Origin: an uncultured Candidatus Saccharibacteria bacterium
GTDB taxonomy: Bacteria > Patescibacteriota > UBA1384 > XYA2-FULL-43-10 > CAINNR01
DNA length: 55,252 nt
Direction of reading: 5' to 3'
NCBI GenBank assembly: GCA_964626415.1
Contig: CAZVFH010000003.1
Coordinates: 1-55,252 of the forward strand
Shown: in pieces, positions 7,638-15,135 of the stretch
Layout of the letters: each line of letters opens with the position of its first letter
Position numbering within the stretch: the stretch's first letter is position 1
The notes under the pieces: model-generated
The model's input: only the letters and a program-made list of their open reading frames with translations
Told to the model about the DNA's origin: nothing
Database searches by the model: none
Made by a program: the position numbers and the translations under genes

Positions 7638-8786
7638 ATGGAATTGTCTCCAAAACAACAAATTGTAGAGGCGATTAAAGCAAGCCAAAATATCTTGCTT
7701 CTTTCTCATCGTTCGCCCGATGGCGATGCCGTTGGCTCGCTGATTGCTTTTTATCTTGCGCTTTTGAAGTTGGAAAAAAATGTCAATATGGTTTGCGGCG
7801 ACGCTATTTCTCAGGTTTTTTCTTATTTACCGACTAACAAAATTTTTGCCGGCTTAAAAGGTCGCCGCGACTTCATCATCTCCCTTGACATCAGCCAGAC
7901 AAAAGCCGAAAAATTTCTCTACAAAGTTGAAGACAATAAAATAAATTTTATTATTACGCCGAAATCCGGCGAGTTTTTACCCGAAATGGTAACTTTTCCC
8001 GATGGAAAGTTTAAATTTGATCTAATTATCGCTCTTGATTGTCAAGATCTTGATCGGATTGGGGCTCCTTACGAAGAAAATGCCGATCTGTTTTACGAAG
8101 TACCGGTAATAAATATTGATCATCACTCTGGCAACGATCACTTTGGAAAAATCAATCTAGTTGATATGACGGCGACCTCAGCTTGTGAAATTTTGGTTTC
8201 GCTTTTCGAGGCACTTTCAAAAGATATGTCGCTACTTTCAGAGGATGTTGCCACAGCGTTGCTAACCGGCATAATCACCGACACTAATTCTTTTCAAAAT
8301 CAAAATACGACGCCAAAATCATTAACAGTTGCCGCCCAGCTTGTTGCCGCCAATGCTAATCGCGAGGAAATTATCAAACGAATTTATAAGACGAGAACAC
8401 TTTCAACCCTGCGGCTTTGGGGTAAAGTTCTCTCTAATATTCACGATGAAATAAATTACAATTTTCTTTGGTCGCAAATTACAAAAGATGATTTTTTGTC
8501 TTCTGACGCTTCAGTTACTGATGCCGATGGTGTGATTGATGAGCTTCTAAAAACCGCAACTGGCGTTGATTTTGTTCTGCTCTTGTCCGAGCAAAGCGAT
8601 GGGTTGCATGGGTCACTTCGGGCGGTAAAAAAGGGAGTTGATGTTTTAAAAATTGCCGAACTTTTCGCTGGCGGTGGCCACGCGTTGGCTGCTGGCTTCG
8701 TCGTCGGCTTGGATTCTGAACTTTCGACCGACTCCATCATCCAAAAAATTCGCGATTGGCAAAAGCAGATGAACGGAAATTCCTGA
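7638..8786 (+). CDS. DHH/DHHA1 phosphoesterase (NrnA-like oligoribonuclease/pAp phosphatase)
   Basis: Motifs HRSPDGDAVGS, NIDHH and GGGHALAAG. ATG at 7638 is preferred, because the upstream ORF-track portion is translated from repeat copy A. Confidence 0.8.
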   Translation: MELSPKQQIVEAIKASQNILLLSHRSPDGDAVGSLIAFYLALLKLEKNVNMVCGDAISQVFSYLPTNKIFAGLKGRRDFIISLDISQTKAEKFLYKVEDNKINFIITPKSGEFLPEMVTFPDGKFKFDLIIALDCQDLDRIGAPYEENADLFYEVPVINIDHHSGNDHFGKINLVDMTATSACEILVSLFEALSKDMSLLSEDVATALLTGIITDTNSFQNQNTTPKSLTVAAQLVAANANREEIIKRIYKTRTLSTLRLWGKVLSNIHDEINYNFLWSQITKDDFLSSDASVTDADGVIDELLKTATGVDFVLLLSEQSDGLHGSLRAVKKGVDVLKIAELFAGGGHALAAGFVVGLDSELSTDSIIQKIRDWQKQMNGNS

Positions 8787-9014
8787 TTTTTTTGAATCAC
8801 GAAATTATTGTTCGCTCTCACCAAATTTCTTGGCGCTTTTGTCCCGATCGCTGTCGGAACAGCGCTTGTCCGCCTCAGGCGGATCGAAATTTGGCAAGAG
8901 CTCACTAATTTTGTAATTCAAGATGAGGTAATTATTGTCGTCATTCTGAGCAGAGCGAAGAATCTCGAATCGGGATTTTTCACTCGGCTCGGAACATCAC
9001 GGAGGTGAATCGAA

Positions 9015-9290
9015 GTGGCCAAAACTGGTGAAGGATTAGTTCGGCCAAGAGAATTACTGGAAAAAATTTGGCAAAGATGTTTGATTTCTGGTTTTGTTGG
9101 TCGCTGTTATTCAAAACACAAAGGACATAACTCTCCGATACCCGGGAGTAATATCACTTTATTTGATGGTGAGGAATTGGTTGTGATTTGGCAAGAAAAT
9201 TGCACTGGCCCAATTTTGACTGCCAGATTTGTCCGAACCGAAATCGTTGGCAAATTCGAGCAAGAAATTCGTGAAGTATTGGAATTATAG
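9015..9290 (+). CDS. hypothetical protein (91 aa)
   Basis: GGAGGTGA SD 6 nt before the GTG start. A strong terminator follows directly. Confidence 0.55.
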   Translation: MAKTGEGLVRPRELLEKIWQRCLISGFVGRCYSKHKGHNSPIPGSNITLFDGEELVVIWQENCTGPILTARFVRTEIVGKFEQEIREVLEL

Positions 9291-9302
9291 TTTAATATTT
9301 TA

Positions 9303-9330
9303 GGTAACCGAATTGGTTACCTTTTTTTTT
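9303..9330 (+). terminator. Rho-independent terminator
   Basis: GGTAACC-gaatt-GGTTACC stem followed by T9. Confidence 0.8.
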
Positions 9331-9371
9331 GATAAATTTTTTTGTTTCTGATACTATAAATTCAAAGGAGC

Positions 9372-9560
9372 GTGATCATAGTGGCAAAAAAACCGGAACC
9401 TGTTTATATTTCCCCAGAAGATTTAGAATGTTATCCCGAAACAAAAGAAGCAAGAAAAATTAAAGATGCAGTACAAAGAGCAAGAAAAGAAGCATCGATC
9501 TACGAAGGAACATATATTTCACTACAACCGCCTCGCCAACTGGTTCGGTTGCCCATATAG
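9372..9560 (+). CDS. small basic protein, tandem paralogue 1 (likely GTG start at 9381)
   Basis: AAGGAG SD. The promoter-like sequence TTGATA-17-TACTAT and the 5' leader are almost identical to those of the second copy. Has its own terminator. Confidence 0.5.
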   Translation: MIIVAKKPEPVYISPEDLECYPETKEARKIKDAVQRARKEASIYEGTYISLQPPRQLVRLPI

Positions 9561-9602
9561 TTGCGAATTATTTTTAAACGATTTACTTGCGATTATCATT
9601 TT

Positions 9603-9632
9603 GATCATCCACTCGGATGGTCTTGTTTTTTT
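9603..9632 (+). terminator. Rho-independent terminator (unit 1 of the tandem cassette)
   Basis: GATCATCC-actc-GGATGGTC stem followed by TTGTTTTTTT. Confidence 0.65.
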
Positions 9633-9711
9633 GAAAAACAGAAAAGTGGTGCAATAATCTGAATTTTTCTAGACATCTTTTTTTGTTTCTGATACTATAA
9701 GTAAAAGGAGC

Positions 9712-9897
9712 GTGATCGCAGTGGCGAAACGCAAACCGAAGGAGATAATTATTTCTCGAAGGTCTTTGAACAGATGGCCCGAAGAGAGGGCGGCTCGGCA
9801 ATGGAAAGAGAAAGCAATTAAAGAATCACAGAGACAGCAAGCATTAGCGTTGGGGCGACTATTTTATCCCCGCAGGCATTTTCCAAGAGTACGCTGA
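9712..9897 (+). CDS. small basic protein, tandem paralogue 2 (likely GTG start at 9721)
   Basis: Same leader (TTTTTTTGTTTCTGATACTATAAGTAAAAGGAGCGTGATCGCAGTGGCGAAA) and the same terminator type as copy 1. The coding part has diverged but is alignable (VAKKPEP.YIS vs VAKRKPKEIIIS). Confidence 0.5.
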   Translation: MIAVAKRKPKEIIISRRSLNRWPEERAARQWKEKAIKESQRQQALALGRLFYPRRHFPRVR

Positions 9898-9947
9898 TCA
9901 TCTGATTGTGTTCTTTCTTCTGTGTTTTATTTCAAAAACTTATTTTT

Positions 9948-9977
9948 GACCATCCAATCGGATGGTCTTGTTTTTTT
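9948..9977 (+). terminator. Rho-independent terminator (unit 2 of the tandem cassette)
   Basis: GACCATCC-aatc-GGATGGTC stem followed by TTGTTTTTTT. Confidence 0.75.
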
Positions 9978-9996
9978 AAAAATTATTTGTTACAAT
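9968..9996 (+). promoter_or_regulatory. promoter candidate for rpsO (TTGTTT-17-TACAAT)
   Basis: The hexamers are spaced 17 nt apart and overlap the terminator T-run. The leader contains three GTGAAAAG repeats. Confidence 0.4.
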
Positions 9997-10060
9997 CGAG
10001 ACAGGTAGTGAAAAGTGAAAAGTTGAGAGTGAAAAGCTAAAGGTAAATAAAATAATAATT

Positions 10061-10417
10061 ATGGTAGAAGTAAAAGAAAAGATGCAGTTAAAAGCTGAAA
10101 GTAAAAAGCTAAAAGTCGAAGGAAAATCGACAGAAAAGCCAAAAAAAGCTGTCAATAAATCAGAAAAAGCTGGTGATCTTTTGAGTAAATATCAAACTCA
10201 CAAAGAAGATACTGGTTCAACCGAAGTCCAAGTCGTCATCCTGACAAAAAAAATTACCGAGCTGACAAAACATTTAAAAGAGCATCGCCACGATTTTGAT
10301 TCTCGTGTCGGGCTTTTGAAGATGGTTGGCAAACGCCGTCGACTTTTAAATTACTTTAAAAAAACCGACGAAGTGCGATACGCGGGATTGATTGCCGATC
10401 TTAAGTTGAGAAAGTAA
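10061..10417 (+). CDS. rpsO: 30S ribosomal protein S15 with a ~40-aa Lys-rich N-terminal extension
   Basis: The C-terminal 80 aa (TGSTEVQVVILTKKITELTKHLKEHRHDFDSRVGLLKMVGKRRRLLNY) are canonical S15. Confidence 0.9.
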   Translation: MVEVKEKMQLKAESKKLKVEGKSTEKPKKAVNKSEKAGDLLSKYQTHKEDTGSTEVQVVILTKKITELTKHLKEHRHDFDSRVGLLKMVGKRRRLLNYFKKTDEVRYAGLIADLKLRK

Positions 10418-10473
10418 CCAGGATAATCTTTGACGCCGAATTAACGCTGATATTTAATATTATTAAAGACGGT

Positions 10474-10578
10474 TGATAGTGGAAGGTAGAAGCTGGATTT
10501 TGAAGATGGAAGTTGGAAGATGGATTATCTAATTTCTAACTTCTATCGTCAAATTCTATTTTCAATTTTCTACTATCT
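10474..10578 (+). other. long imperfect RNA hairpin in the rpsO-pnp intergenic region
   Basis: The purine-rich left arm (GATAGTGGAAGGTAGAAGCTGGATTTTGAAGATGGAAGTTGGAAGATGGA) pairs with the pyrimidine-rich right arm (TAATTTCTAACTTCTATCGTCAAATTCTATTTTCAATTTTCTACTATC). About 10 of the pairs are G:U, so pairing works only in the + strand RNA. Confidence 0.7.
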
Positions 10579-10604
10579 AATGTCTAATTCCAAAGGGATT
10601 TTTT

Positions 10605-12752
10605 ATGATAACGAAATTAGAACTGGCTGAAAAAAGCTACAAAGTTGATTTTGGCGGGCGTGAGTTACTCCTAGAAACAGGGAAGTTAGCTTTACTTGCT
10701 CCCGGATCGGTTAAAGCGACTTGTGGCGGGACTGTTGTGCTTGCGACTTGCGTAATTTCTGATGAGCCGCGCGAGGGAATTGATTTCTTTCCACTTTTGG
10801 TCGATTATGAAGAGCGATTTTACGCTGCCGGCAAAATCTCTGGCAGTCGGTTTATTAAACGCGAGGGTCGACCGTCTGATGCGGCGGTTTTGGCTTGTCG
10901 AATGATCGACAGGCCGCTTCGACCGCTTTTTCCGAAAAATTACCGTAATGATGTTCAAGTCATTATTACCGTTCTCTCTTATGACGGCGAAAACGATCCT
11001 GATATTATTTCGATGATTGCCGCTTCGACAGCGATTATGCAGACCAAAGCGCCGTTTTCTGGTCCAATTGGAGCGATCAAAGTTGGTCTTTTTGAAGATG
11101 GCTTCAAAATTAACCCGACGCTTTCAGAACTTGAAAATTCAAAGTTAGATTTAACCATCGCCGCGACATCCGACAAAGTGATGATGATTGAAGCCGAAGC
11201 AAACGAGGTAGCGGAGGAAAAAATTATTGAGGCAATAGAGCTTGCAAAAAAGGTGATATCACCACAATTAGAAATCCAGAAAAAGATTGCCAAAGAGCAT
11301 CAAGAGACACCGTCAGAGGTCGAATTGATTGCGGACGAGACAATTCACGGAGAAGTTTCAAAAATTGTCGGTGATAAATTAAAGACGGCTGTTCGTGAAC
11401 TTGATAAAATCCAGCGGGAGGAAAAACTAAAAGAGTTTGAAGCCGAGGTTTTGGCAACTCTTGAAGGTAACTACAAACAAATCGAACTTAAGGCGTCATT
11501 TACAAAGTTAGTTGAAAAAGAGATTTGCGAAGCAATTCTAAAAGATGATTTGCGCCCTGATGGCAGAGCGATCGAAGAGATTCGGCCGATTGCGATCGAA
11601 GTAGGGCTACTCCCAAGAACTCACGGTTCTGGACTTTTTACTCGCGGACAAACACAGGCGTTAACTGTTGCTACTTTGGCGTCACCGGGAATGGAACAAT
11701 TTATTGACACAATGGAAGCCGACACAACGAAAAAATTTATGCATCACTATAACTTCCCGCCATTTTCCACTGGCGAGGTTTCACCAGTTCGTGGTGCTTC
11801 GCGTCGTGAGATCGGTCATGGTTATTTGGCAGAAAAAGCATTGCGTCCGATGATTCCCGACACTGAAAGTTTTCCCTATACTATTCGCTTGGTTACCGAA
11901 ATCTTAACCTCCAACGGCTCCTCCTCAATGGCGGCAACTTGCGGCGCAACTTTGGCCTTGATGGATGCTGGCGTTCCGATAAAAAAGCCGGTTGCCGGAA
12001 TTGCTATGGGGCTTGTCGTTGATAAAACCGATGAGAGTAAATTCAAAGTTCTTACCGATTTACAAGGTCTTGAAGATTTTGCCGGTGACATGGATTTTAA
12101 AATTGCCGGGACCTGCGATGGCATAACAGCAATCCAGATGGACACCAAAATTAACGGGCTCTCGAATGTAATTGTTGTTCAGACATTCAAACAGGCAAAA
12201 ACTGCCCGCCTCGAAATTCTTGAAGAGATTGCCAAAGTTATACCTCAGCCGCGAAAAGAATTATCAAAATTTGCGCCGCGAATAAAAGCAATCAAAATTA
12301 ATCCGGAGAAAATTGGCGATATTATCGGCCCGGGTGGCAAAAATATTCGCAAGATTATTGAAGAGTGCGGTGGCAAAGAAGTTACCTCGATTGATATTGA
12401 TGACGACGGCACAGTGATGATTGCTTCAACTGACGCCGAGATGGGCGAAAAAGCAATTTCAATTGTCACTTCAATGACCAGAGAAATTGAAATTGGCGAA
12501 ATTATCGAAGGCGAAGTTGTCGATATCAAGTGTGACAGAATGACCGGCAAGCAAGTTGGCGCCATCGTCCAAATTACGCCCCGTCAAGATGGAATGATTC
12601 ATATTTCGCAAATCGCCAAAGAAAGAGTCGAAGATATCGGAAAATATCTAAAAATTGGTCAAATCGTCAAAGCCAAAGTTGTTGATGTTGATCGAGAAAA
12701 AGGGAGAGTGTCACTCTCGACCAAAGATAACAACACTGATCTTTTACGCTGA
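10605..12752 (+). CDS. pnp: polynucleotide phosphorylase
   Basis: 715 aa. Two RNase PH-like domains (FAGDMDFKIAGT) followed by KH (GPGGKNIRKI) and S1 domains. Confidence 0.95.
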   Translation: MITKLELAEKSYKVDFGGRELLLETGKLALLAPGSVKATCGGTVVLATCVISDEPREGIDFFPLLVDYEERFYAAGKISGSRFIKREGRPSDAAVLACRMIDRPLRPLFPKNYRNDVQVIITVLSYDGENDPDIISMIAASTAIMQTKAPFSGPIGAIKVGLFEDGFKINPTLSELENSKLDLTIAATSDKVMMIEAEANEVAEEKIIEAIELAKKVISPQLEIQKKIAKEHQETPSEVELIADETIHGEVSKIVGDKLKTAVRELDKIQREEKLKEFEAEVLATLEGNYKQIELKASFTKLVEKEICEAILKDDLRPDGRAIEEIRPIAIEVGLLPRTHGSGLFTRGQTQALTVATLASPGMEQFIDTMEADTTKKFMHHYNFPPFSTGEVSPVRGASRREIGHGYLAEKALRPMIPDTESFPYTIRLVTEILTSNGSSSMAATCGATLALMDAGVPIKKPVAGIAMGLVVDKTDESKFKVLTDLQGLEDFAGDMDFKIAGTCDGITAIQMDTKINGLSNVIVVQTFKQAKTARLEILEEIAKVIPQPRKELSKFAPRIKAIKINPEKIGDIIGPGGKNIRKIIEECGGKEVTSIDIDDDGTVMIASTDAEMGEKAISIVTSMTREIEIGEIIEGEVVDIKCDRMTGKQVGAIVQITPRQDGMIHISQIAKERVEDIGKYLKIGQIVKAKVVDVDREKGRVSLSTKDNNTDLLR

Positions 12753-12799
12753 TTGAACGCTGATAGAAAAACCGCTTGTGCCGTCAATCGGTTTTTTTC

Positions 12800-12827
12800 T
12801 TGACAAATAGTGAAAAATCTGTATAAT
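12800..12827 (+). promoter_or_regulatory. strong sigma-70-like promoter (TTGACA-16-TATAAT)
   Basis: Consensus hexamers at 12800-12805 and 12822-12827, lying 38 nt upstream of the ATG at 12866. Confidence 0.7.
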
Positions 12828-12865
12828 TAAGTTTATCCTCGGTAAATCGAATAGGAGGAGTGGCA

Positions 12866-13627
12866 ATGACCAAAAAGCTCCTTTTTTTATTTTCGATTGG
12901 TGCAATGTCTTTAGTTTTTTTTACTGGTTGCATTCCCGACAAACAAAGCAAAGATAAAGGATTAGATGAAGCGATAAATCGAATTGTCACAGATAACAGT
13001 TTTCAGGAGAATTTGACTTATCCTGAAAATTCACCTTCCACGGATATTTCCGATGAAGCGAGAGAGTTTGGATTACAAGTGATTCAGCCGATTTTAGATC
13101 GGGCAAAAAATGATCCAATACCAGGAATTCGAAGCACAATTAAACAACTCTTCAAATTGTTGGAAAGCGGTAAAGCCGGGATTGCTGTCGCACCAGTAGC
13201 GAACGGTGCTGTTATTGCATTTACACATTTCGACAGGCAGTGCAACACACAAGAAATTGTTTTTGCCGGTCCAGTGATTCAAGAGTTTTATGAGACACTT
13301 TCTACTGACGATTTCCGCGACAAAATCATTGAAGTTGCTTGTCATGAAACACTTCATCTGGTTTATACACCTTCTGGAAAAAATAATCCCAAGATTGATT
13401 CAAAAGTTGGGCAAAAGAAATATCAGCACGACGAAAAGTTGGTTTGGGAGAAACAGATTGCACTTATCACCCGACCAATGTTGAAAGTTGGTAGGAGTGT
13501 TGATCCTCTTGCAAAATCTGCCAGTGATGTTTACAAACAATTTGGTGACAATCATTCATCGAAGGGCTGGAAGAAATGGGTCAATAAACATCTTTGTATT
13601 TCGCCGGAAAAGATGAAAAATAATTAA
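12866..13627 (+). CDS. lipoprotein with an HExxH motif (putative zinc metallopeptidase)
   Basis: Signal peptide with lipobox (LVFFTGC). HETLH motif in VACHETLHLV. AGGAGGAG SD upstream. Confidence 0.55.
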   Translation: MTKKLLFLFSIGAMSLVFFTGCIPDKQSKDKGLDEAINRIVTDNSFQENLTYPENSPSTDISDEAREFGLQVIQPILDRAKNDPIPGIRSTIKQLFKLLESGKAGIAVAPVANGAVIAFTHFDRQCNTQEIVFAGPVIQEFYETLSTDDFRDKIIEVACHETLHLVYTPSGKNNPKIDSKVGQKKYQHDEKLVWEKQIALITRPMLKVGRSVDPLAKSASDVYKQFGDNHSSKGWKKWVNKHLCISPEKMKNN

Positions 13628-13697
13628 TGCTTCGGCTTTCTGCTGGAGCTTTTTTGAATTTCTGGATTTAAGTTGGGAATTCTGTTAAGTTAAATGT

Positions 13698-13871
13698 GTG
13701 AAACAAGTTGATAAAATTTCTATTTCAGAGTTAAAAAAGATGTCAGTAAAAATGTTTGGCGGTTTAGTCAAGGCGGTAGTTGATGTTGAAAAGGAAATTT
13801 TTAACACTGACCTCCGCCAACTGGCGGGTTACACTGACTTAACACTGATAAATGTTTTTGTAATTTTGTAA
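13698..13871 (+). pseudogene. truncated small gene whose 3' end is replaced by repeat sequence
   Basis: The GTG-initiated 57-codon frame reads VKQVDKISISELKKMSVKMFGGLVKAVVDVEKEIF. It then runs into CACTGAC/CACTGAT repeat units and a CCGCCaactGGCGG hairpin. The N-terminal part resembles, from memory, a small conserved family (DUF5674-like) that is normally about twice this length. Confidence 0.4.
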
Positions 13872-13893
13872 TTTTGTTAGTAACACTATAAAA

Positions 13894-14226
13894 ATGAAAC
13901 TTATCCATCATAAAACATTAACCAAAAAGAAGTGGTTTGCCTATTCGCTTGCCGAACAGATGGCAAATGTCGGCAGTGAGGTTGAGCGAACGATAATTTG
14001 GCGAGAGAAAAATCCCGAATATTCTCGTTTGGCATTTGAACGGGCGCTAGAACTTTTGGACTTGACAAAATTAGACCCAAAAAATAAAAATCACCGTTTG
14101 AAAGAACTTTGCCGAACTCGAGAGATGCTGGTTGATTGGTTTTTGGATAACGAATATCACTCAACCGACAAGATATGGCAGAATTATTTTATGGCTTTTA
14201 ACTATTTGGCGAGAATTGATAAATAA
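13894..14226 (+). CDS. hypothetical protein (110 aa, helical)
   Basis: Clean ORF with no recognisable catalytic motif. Confidence 0.5.
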   Translation: MKLIHHKTLTKKKWFAYSLAEQMANVGSEVERTIIWREKNPEYSRLAFERALELLDLTKLDPKNKNHRLKELCRTREMLVDWFLDNEYHSTDKIWQNYFMAFNYLARIDK

Positions 14227-14233
14227 TTTTTGC

Positions 14234-14262
14234 TTGACAAAGTAATTTTTATTTGCTATACT
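14234..14262 (+). promoter_or_regulatory. sigma-70-like promoter (TTGACA-17-TATACT)
   Basis: Consensus -35 at 14234-14239 and -10 at 14257-14262, upstream of the UDG gene. Confidence 0.6.
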
Positions 14263-14346
14263 TAAAACATAAGGTATTGGAATTGATCTCACAACTTTCA
14301 AGTTTTCCGTGGCGTAACATTCTCGTCCTCGTTTTAATTTTTTTTA

Positions 14347-14985
14347 ATGAATAGAGAAGAAAAAATCAAGAAACTTGATGAGCTTCAAAAGGAAGTTTCC
14401 GGTTGCGGAAAATGTTCACTCTCCAAAACCCGAACGCAAACGGTTTTTGGTGAAGGCGATCCGGATTCAGAGATTTTCTTTGTCGGCGAAGCACCGGGTT
14501 ACAACGAAGATCAGCAGGGAATTCCATTTTGTGGAGCCGCAGGAAAATTTTTGGATCAACTTCTTGCGTCAATTGAACTTGATCGTAACAAGGTCTACAT
14601 TGCCAATACTTTAAAATGCCGGCCGCCGGATAATCGCGATCCCGAACCGGAGGAGAAAACCGCTTGCCGTGATTATCTAACCCAGCAAGTTGAAATAATA
14701 AGTCCGAAAATTATTATTACCATGGGCCGCCACTCAACCGAGACATATTTGCCGGGAATCGGTGGAATTACCAAAACCCGGGCAAAATTGTTTCGCCGTC
14801 CGAACGGTCGCTTCTATTTCCCGCTTTATCATCCAGCAGCCGCGCTTCACAATGGTTCCTTGCGTCGGACATTGGAGGATGACTTTAAAAAAATTCCCGA
14901 AGCGATAAAAAAAGTCAAAGCGGAATTAGAGAAAGTTGTAGAAAAAGTGGAAGAAAAGAAAGTTAAGAATTTGAAACTATTCTAA
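14347..14985 (+). CDS. uracil-DNA glycosylase, family 4
   Basis: Motifs GEGDPDSEIFFVGEAPGYNEDQQGIPFCGAAG and the Cys cluster CGKC, typical of family-4 (Fe-S) UDGs. Confidence 0.85.
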   Translation: MNREEKIKKLDELQKEVSGCGKCSLSKTRTQTVFGEGDPDSEIFFVGEAPGYNEDQQGIPFCGAAGKFLDQLLASIELDRNKVYIANTLKCRPPDNRDPEPEEKTACRDYLTQQVEIISPKIIITMGRHSTETYLPGIGGITKTRAKLFRRPNGRFYFPLYHPAAALHNGSLRRTLEDDFKKIPEAIKKVKAELEKVVEKVEEKKVKNLKLF

Positions 14986-14989
14986 GAAA

Positions 14990-15105
14990 TTTTCAATTTT
15001 ATAATTTCCAATGAATTTTCAATGTATTAATTTCCAAACTTTCAATCATTGAAAATTGAATTATTGATTGTAAATTGAAAATTGCAAAATTAAAAATTAA
15101 TTATT
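14990..15105 (+). other. imperfect low-complexity hairpin (TTTCAAT / ATTGAAA units), ung-rnj intergenic region
   Basis: Centre is TTTCAATcATTGAAA at about 15047. Both arms are built from the same 7-10-nt units in opposite orientation, with roughly 70% pairing. Confidence 0.55.
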
Positions 15106-15135
15106 GTACTCTTAATACAGAAAGGAGATTTTATT

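Noticed and set aside
8456-8905. 149-aa minus-strand ORF overlapping the 3' end of the DHH phosphoesterase gene
   Set aside because: It is antisense to a well-supported CDS and extends into a repeat-rich spacer, with no ribosome-binding site. The antisense ORFs inside rnj (16396-16767), pnp, ftsK and ppsA were rejected for the same reason.
12784-12990. 68-aa minus-strand ORF
   Set aside because: It spans a terminator, a consensus TTGACA-16-TATAAT promoter and the 5' end of the lipoprotein gene on the other strand. It is not coding.
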